64,000 nucleotides of DNA from Isurus oxyrinchus (taxonomy: Eukaryota): contig JANJGN010000008.1 of the NCBI GenBank assembly GCA_026770705.1, positions 18,724,001-18,788,000 of the forward strand, read 5' to 3'. The notes under the pieces are model-generated. The model did not search any database, was not told where the DNA came from, and was given only the letters and a program-made list of their open reading frames with translations. Shown piece by piece: positions 61,950-64,000 of this stretch (the first letter of the stretch is position 1; the number at the start of each line of letters is the position of its first letter). The position numbers were made by a program, and so were the translations under genes.

Positions 61950-62700
61950 TAAAGGGGAGGTGTATTCTGACTGCTGCAGGTGATGGATTTGGATGGGAGA
62001 GCAGAATGAAACCAGAGGATTTAGGCAACAAGGTGGAGAGAGGACTCCAGGGTTCTCAGATACCGCACTGGATACTTTAATGCAGGAGGTGACACTGAAG
62101 GAAGAATCCATCTTTCCACAGGAGGTTAAGAAGCCTTCCTGATCAGCATTTAGAAAGCAATTGGAGCAGATAGCTACAGAGGTCAATGCCGGATTTCTGG
62201 CCCTGAGGATCTGGACACAGTGGCAGAAAAGGTTCAATGACCTCAGACAAGTGGGGGAGGTCAGTGAATGCATTTTTCAATGCTGTTGCCTCAATCTGCA
62301 TCACCATCCTCACACATTAATCAATGAACCACACCCCTACCAATAGCTTCTAGTAATCAGGGATCATGCCGAACATTCAAATGCTCCGCACATCCACTTA
62401 ACTACATGCTGCCAGCTATTCAGTTATGGAAGTCAAACACATGGCAACACACTTACTGACCCTCTTCTGTCTCATTTGCAGTACAGAATGTAACACATAA
62501 CAGAAGCAAGCGGTAGAGAACCAATGGGGACAGGCTCGATTGTATCCCCTAACCACCTAGTGCTCAATACTATTGGCATGACCAGCATTAAGGCTGTGCC
62601 AATTGGCATTGCTGAAACCATTGAGGAAATACAGACTGTTCCTACCTAATGTACCTTCTGAATGACCACATTCTCCTCTTCTCACAATCTGTAAAGGTGT
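61950..62700 (+). mobile_element. Harbinger Myb/SANT remnant (copy B, longer)
   Basis: EQIATEVNAGFLALRIWTQWQKRFNDLRQV followed by a donor-like GTCAGT. Confidence 0.7.
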
Positions 62701-62869
62701 CTTCCTCAGAAGTCATTGGAAGCAGAAACAGCACCATTTTATTCCTCTGCAGCTCTTGTAGTGCTGAAACCATCAAACTACAGAGCCAGACCGCGTGGCT
62801 CGAGATCTAAAGAATGAACAGTGTTTCTCTGTGCATAGGCAGAAGCACCATCATTTTCCCTCTATACAC

Positions 62870-63280
62870 ACCTAGGTGCAGAGGTCACAGATTTTGGAAG
62901 TGCTGCCATAAAGCCTTGGTTTGCTGTACAGCGCATCCTGTAGATTGAACACACTGCAGCAATGGTATCCTCATGCTGGAAAGGATGAATGTTTAAGGTA
63001 TTGGATGGGTTTCCAATCAAGCAGACTAATTTGCCAAGGATAGTCAAGCTTCTTGTGTTTATTTGCAGATGTACTCACATTGGCAGGTAAAGAATATTCC
63101 ATCACACTCCTGACTTTGGCCTTGTAGAAGGTTGGGAGGTTATTGGGGAAGCAGTTGCCACAATGTACCCTGCCTTTCACCTTCTCCAACAGCCACAACA
63201 TTTACATGGTTGGTACAATGGAGTTTCTGTTCAATGGTGATCCCCAGGGTGGTGGGCGATTCAGCGATGATAATGTCATT
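62870..63280 (-). mobile_element. Degraded HER1/CR1 fragment
   Basis: TFYKAKVRSVMEYS motif. Confidence 0.7.
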
Positions 63281-64000
63281 GCAAGTTTATTATTATTATG
63301 TATTATCAATAAGCTTTGCATGAATGCATAAATATTAATTGCTGTCAATTAGTACTCTCATTTATATAAAATTCATATGTCTTTTAATCAGTATCAGTTA
63401 ACTATGTTAGTGAAAGTTTTGCTGGAGACATCGTTTGTAAATATATTTTTTGTCTATTCTCCCCATAATCAGTAATTACTTTTCTCTTTTTAATTCCTAA
63501 TTCAATTCTTTTATTTTCAGTTTAAAAGTCTATGGGCTGGATGTTACAGGGCCTCATGGACCCCACATCCCCATCTGTAAAGTCACTGAGGTTTCTGCCC
63601 ATCACACAGCCGGCTGCACCACAGCAATTTAACACTGGCAGCAGCATTCATTCCCTTAAGGCAAAACCTTTGTCCCTATCGCGAGAGGAAATTCTGTCTT
63701 AGAGAGCTGTCAGCCAATCAGATGGCCAGCAGTCTCTTGCACTGCAGTGCCAGATGGAAGCAGCAGTCTCTAGGCACTCCCAAAAAAGAGGAGCCAAGAA
63801 TTAAGCCAAGTCAAGAGTATCACCAGGACCAGGTTGACAGACCCAGGAGAGAACGTTGAGAGGAGTGGGGCCAAGTTGGAGTAGCCAGTAGGGGGAGGCT
63901 AAGGAGTGCAGTAGGACTGTTATGGTTGAGGGGTCTGACACTGATGAGCCCAGGAGACATGCCAATGAGGTGACTCCCTTGCCCGACAGCAGATCACACA

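Larger units (their letters stand above)
56262..62253 (+). repeat. Segmental duplication copy B (matches 43477-49533)
   Basis: Same alignment as for copy A. Confidence 0.95.

Noticed and set aside
50-63331. Most ORFs in the supplied track treated as genes
   Set aside because: They are fragments or antisense frames of decayed retroelements, low-complexity tracts or N-gaps.
1-64000. Prokaryotic features (operons, CRISPR arrays, defence systems)
   Set aside because: The sequence is vertebrate, with spliced exons and LINE/SINE content. No regularly spaced repeat-spacer array was seen.

Overview
Eukaryotic, repeat-rich vertebrate DNA, almost certainly from a cartilaginous fish (HE1-type SINE and HER1/CR1 LINE tails throughout), with two N-gaps. 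Most of the window is decayed transposons: Penelope-like, CR1/HER1, L2, RTE, three Gypsy-type LTR families including a Gmr1-like element, and PIF/Harbinger remnants. Among them, on the + strand, is a spliced immunoglobulin-superfamily receptor gene that the ORF track mostly misses. Its exons are exon 1 (~2920-3130), a candidate leader (7814-7910), D1 V-like (12253-12918), D2 C2 (16465-16734), D3 V (19968-20317), D4 C2 with a WxC motif (20396-20660), TM (36499-36608) and a probable cytoplasmic exon (39532-39633). The V-C2-V-C2 layout and WxC are CD4/LAG-3-like, but the TM has a central lysine and the tail has no Lck or inhibitory motif, which fits an adaptor-coupled activating receptor. This copy is a pseudogene (frameshifts, a stop, a TE insertion and a broken acceptor). 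Two further paralogous promoter/first exons (~47296-47516, ~60115-60335) lie in a tandem segmental duplication with a ~12.8 kb offset, implying a multigene cluster. The same duplication carries a non-autonomous Gypsy element whose RT core is replaced, in frame, by a coiled-coil segment resembling host UACA. Penelope-derived termini with minimal hammerhead-ribozyme motifs are scattered through the window. All family assignments come from manual translation and motif recall, not database searches.
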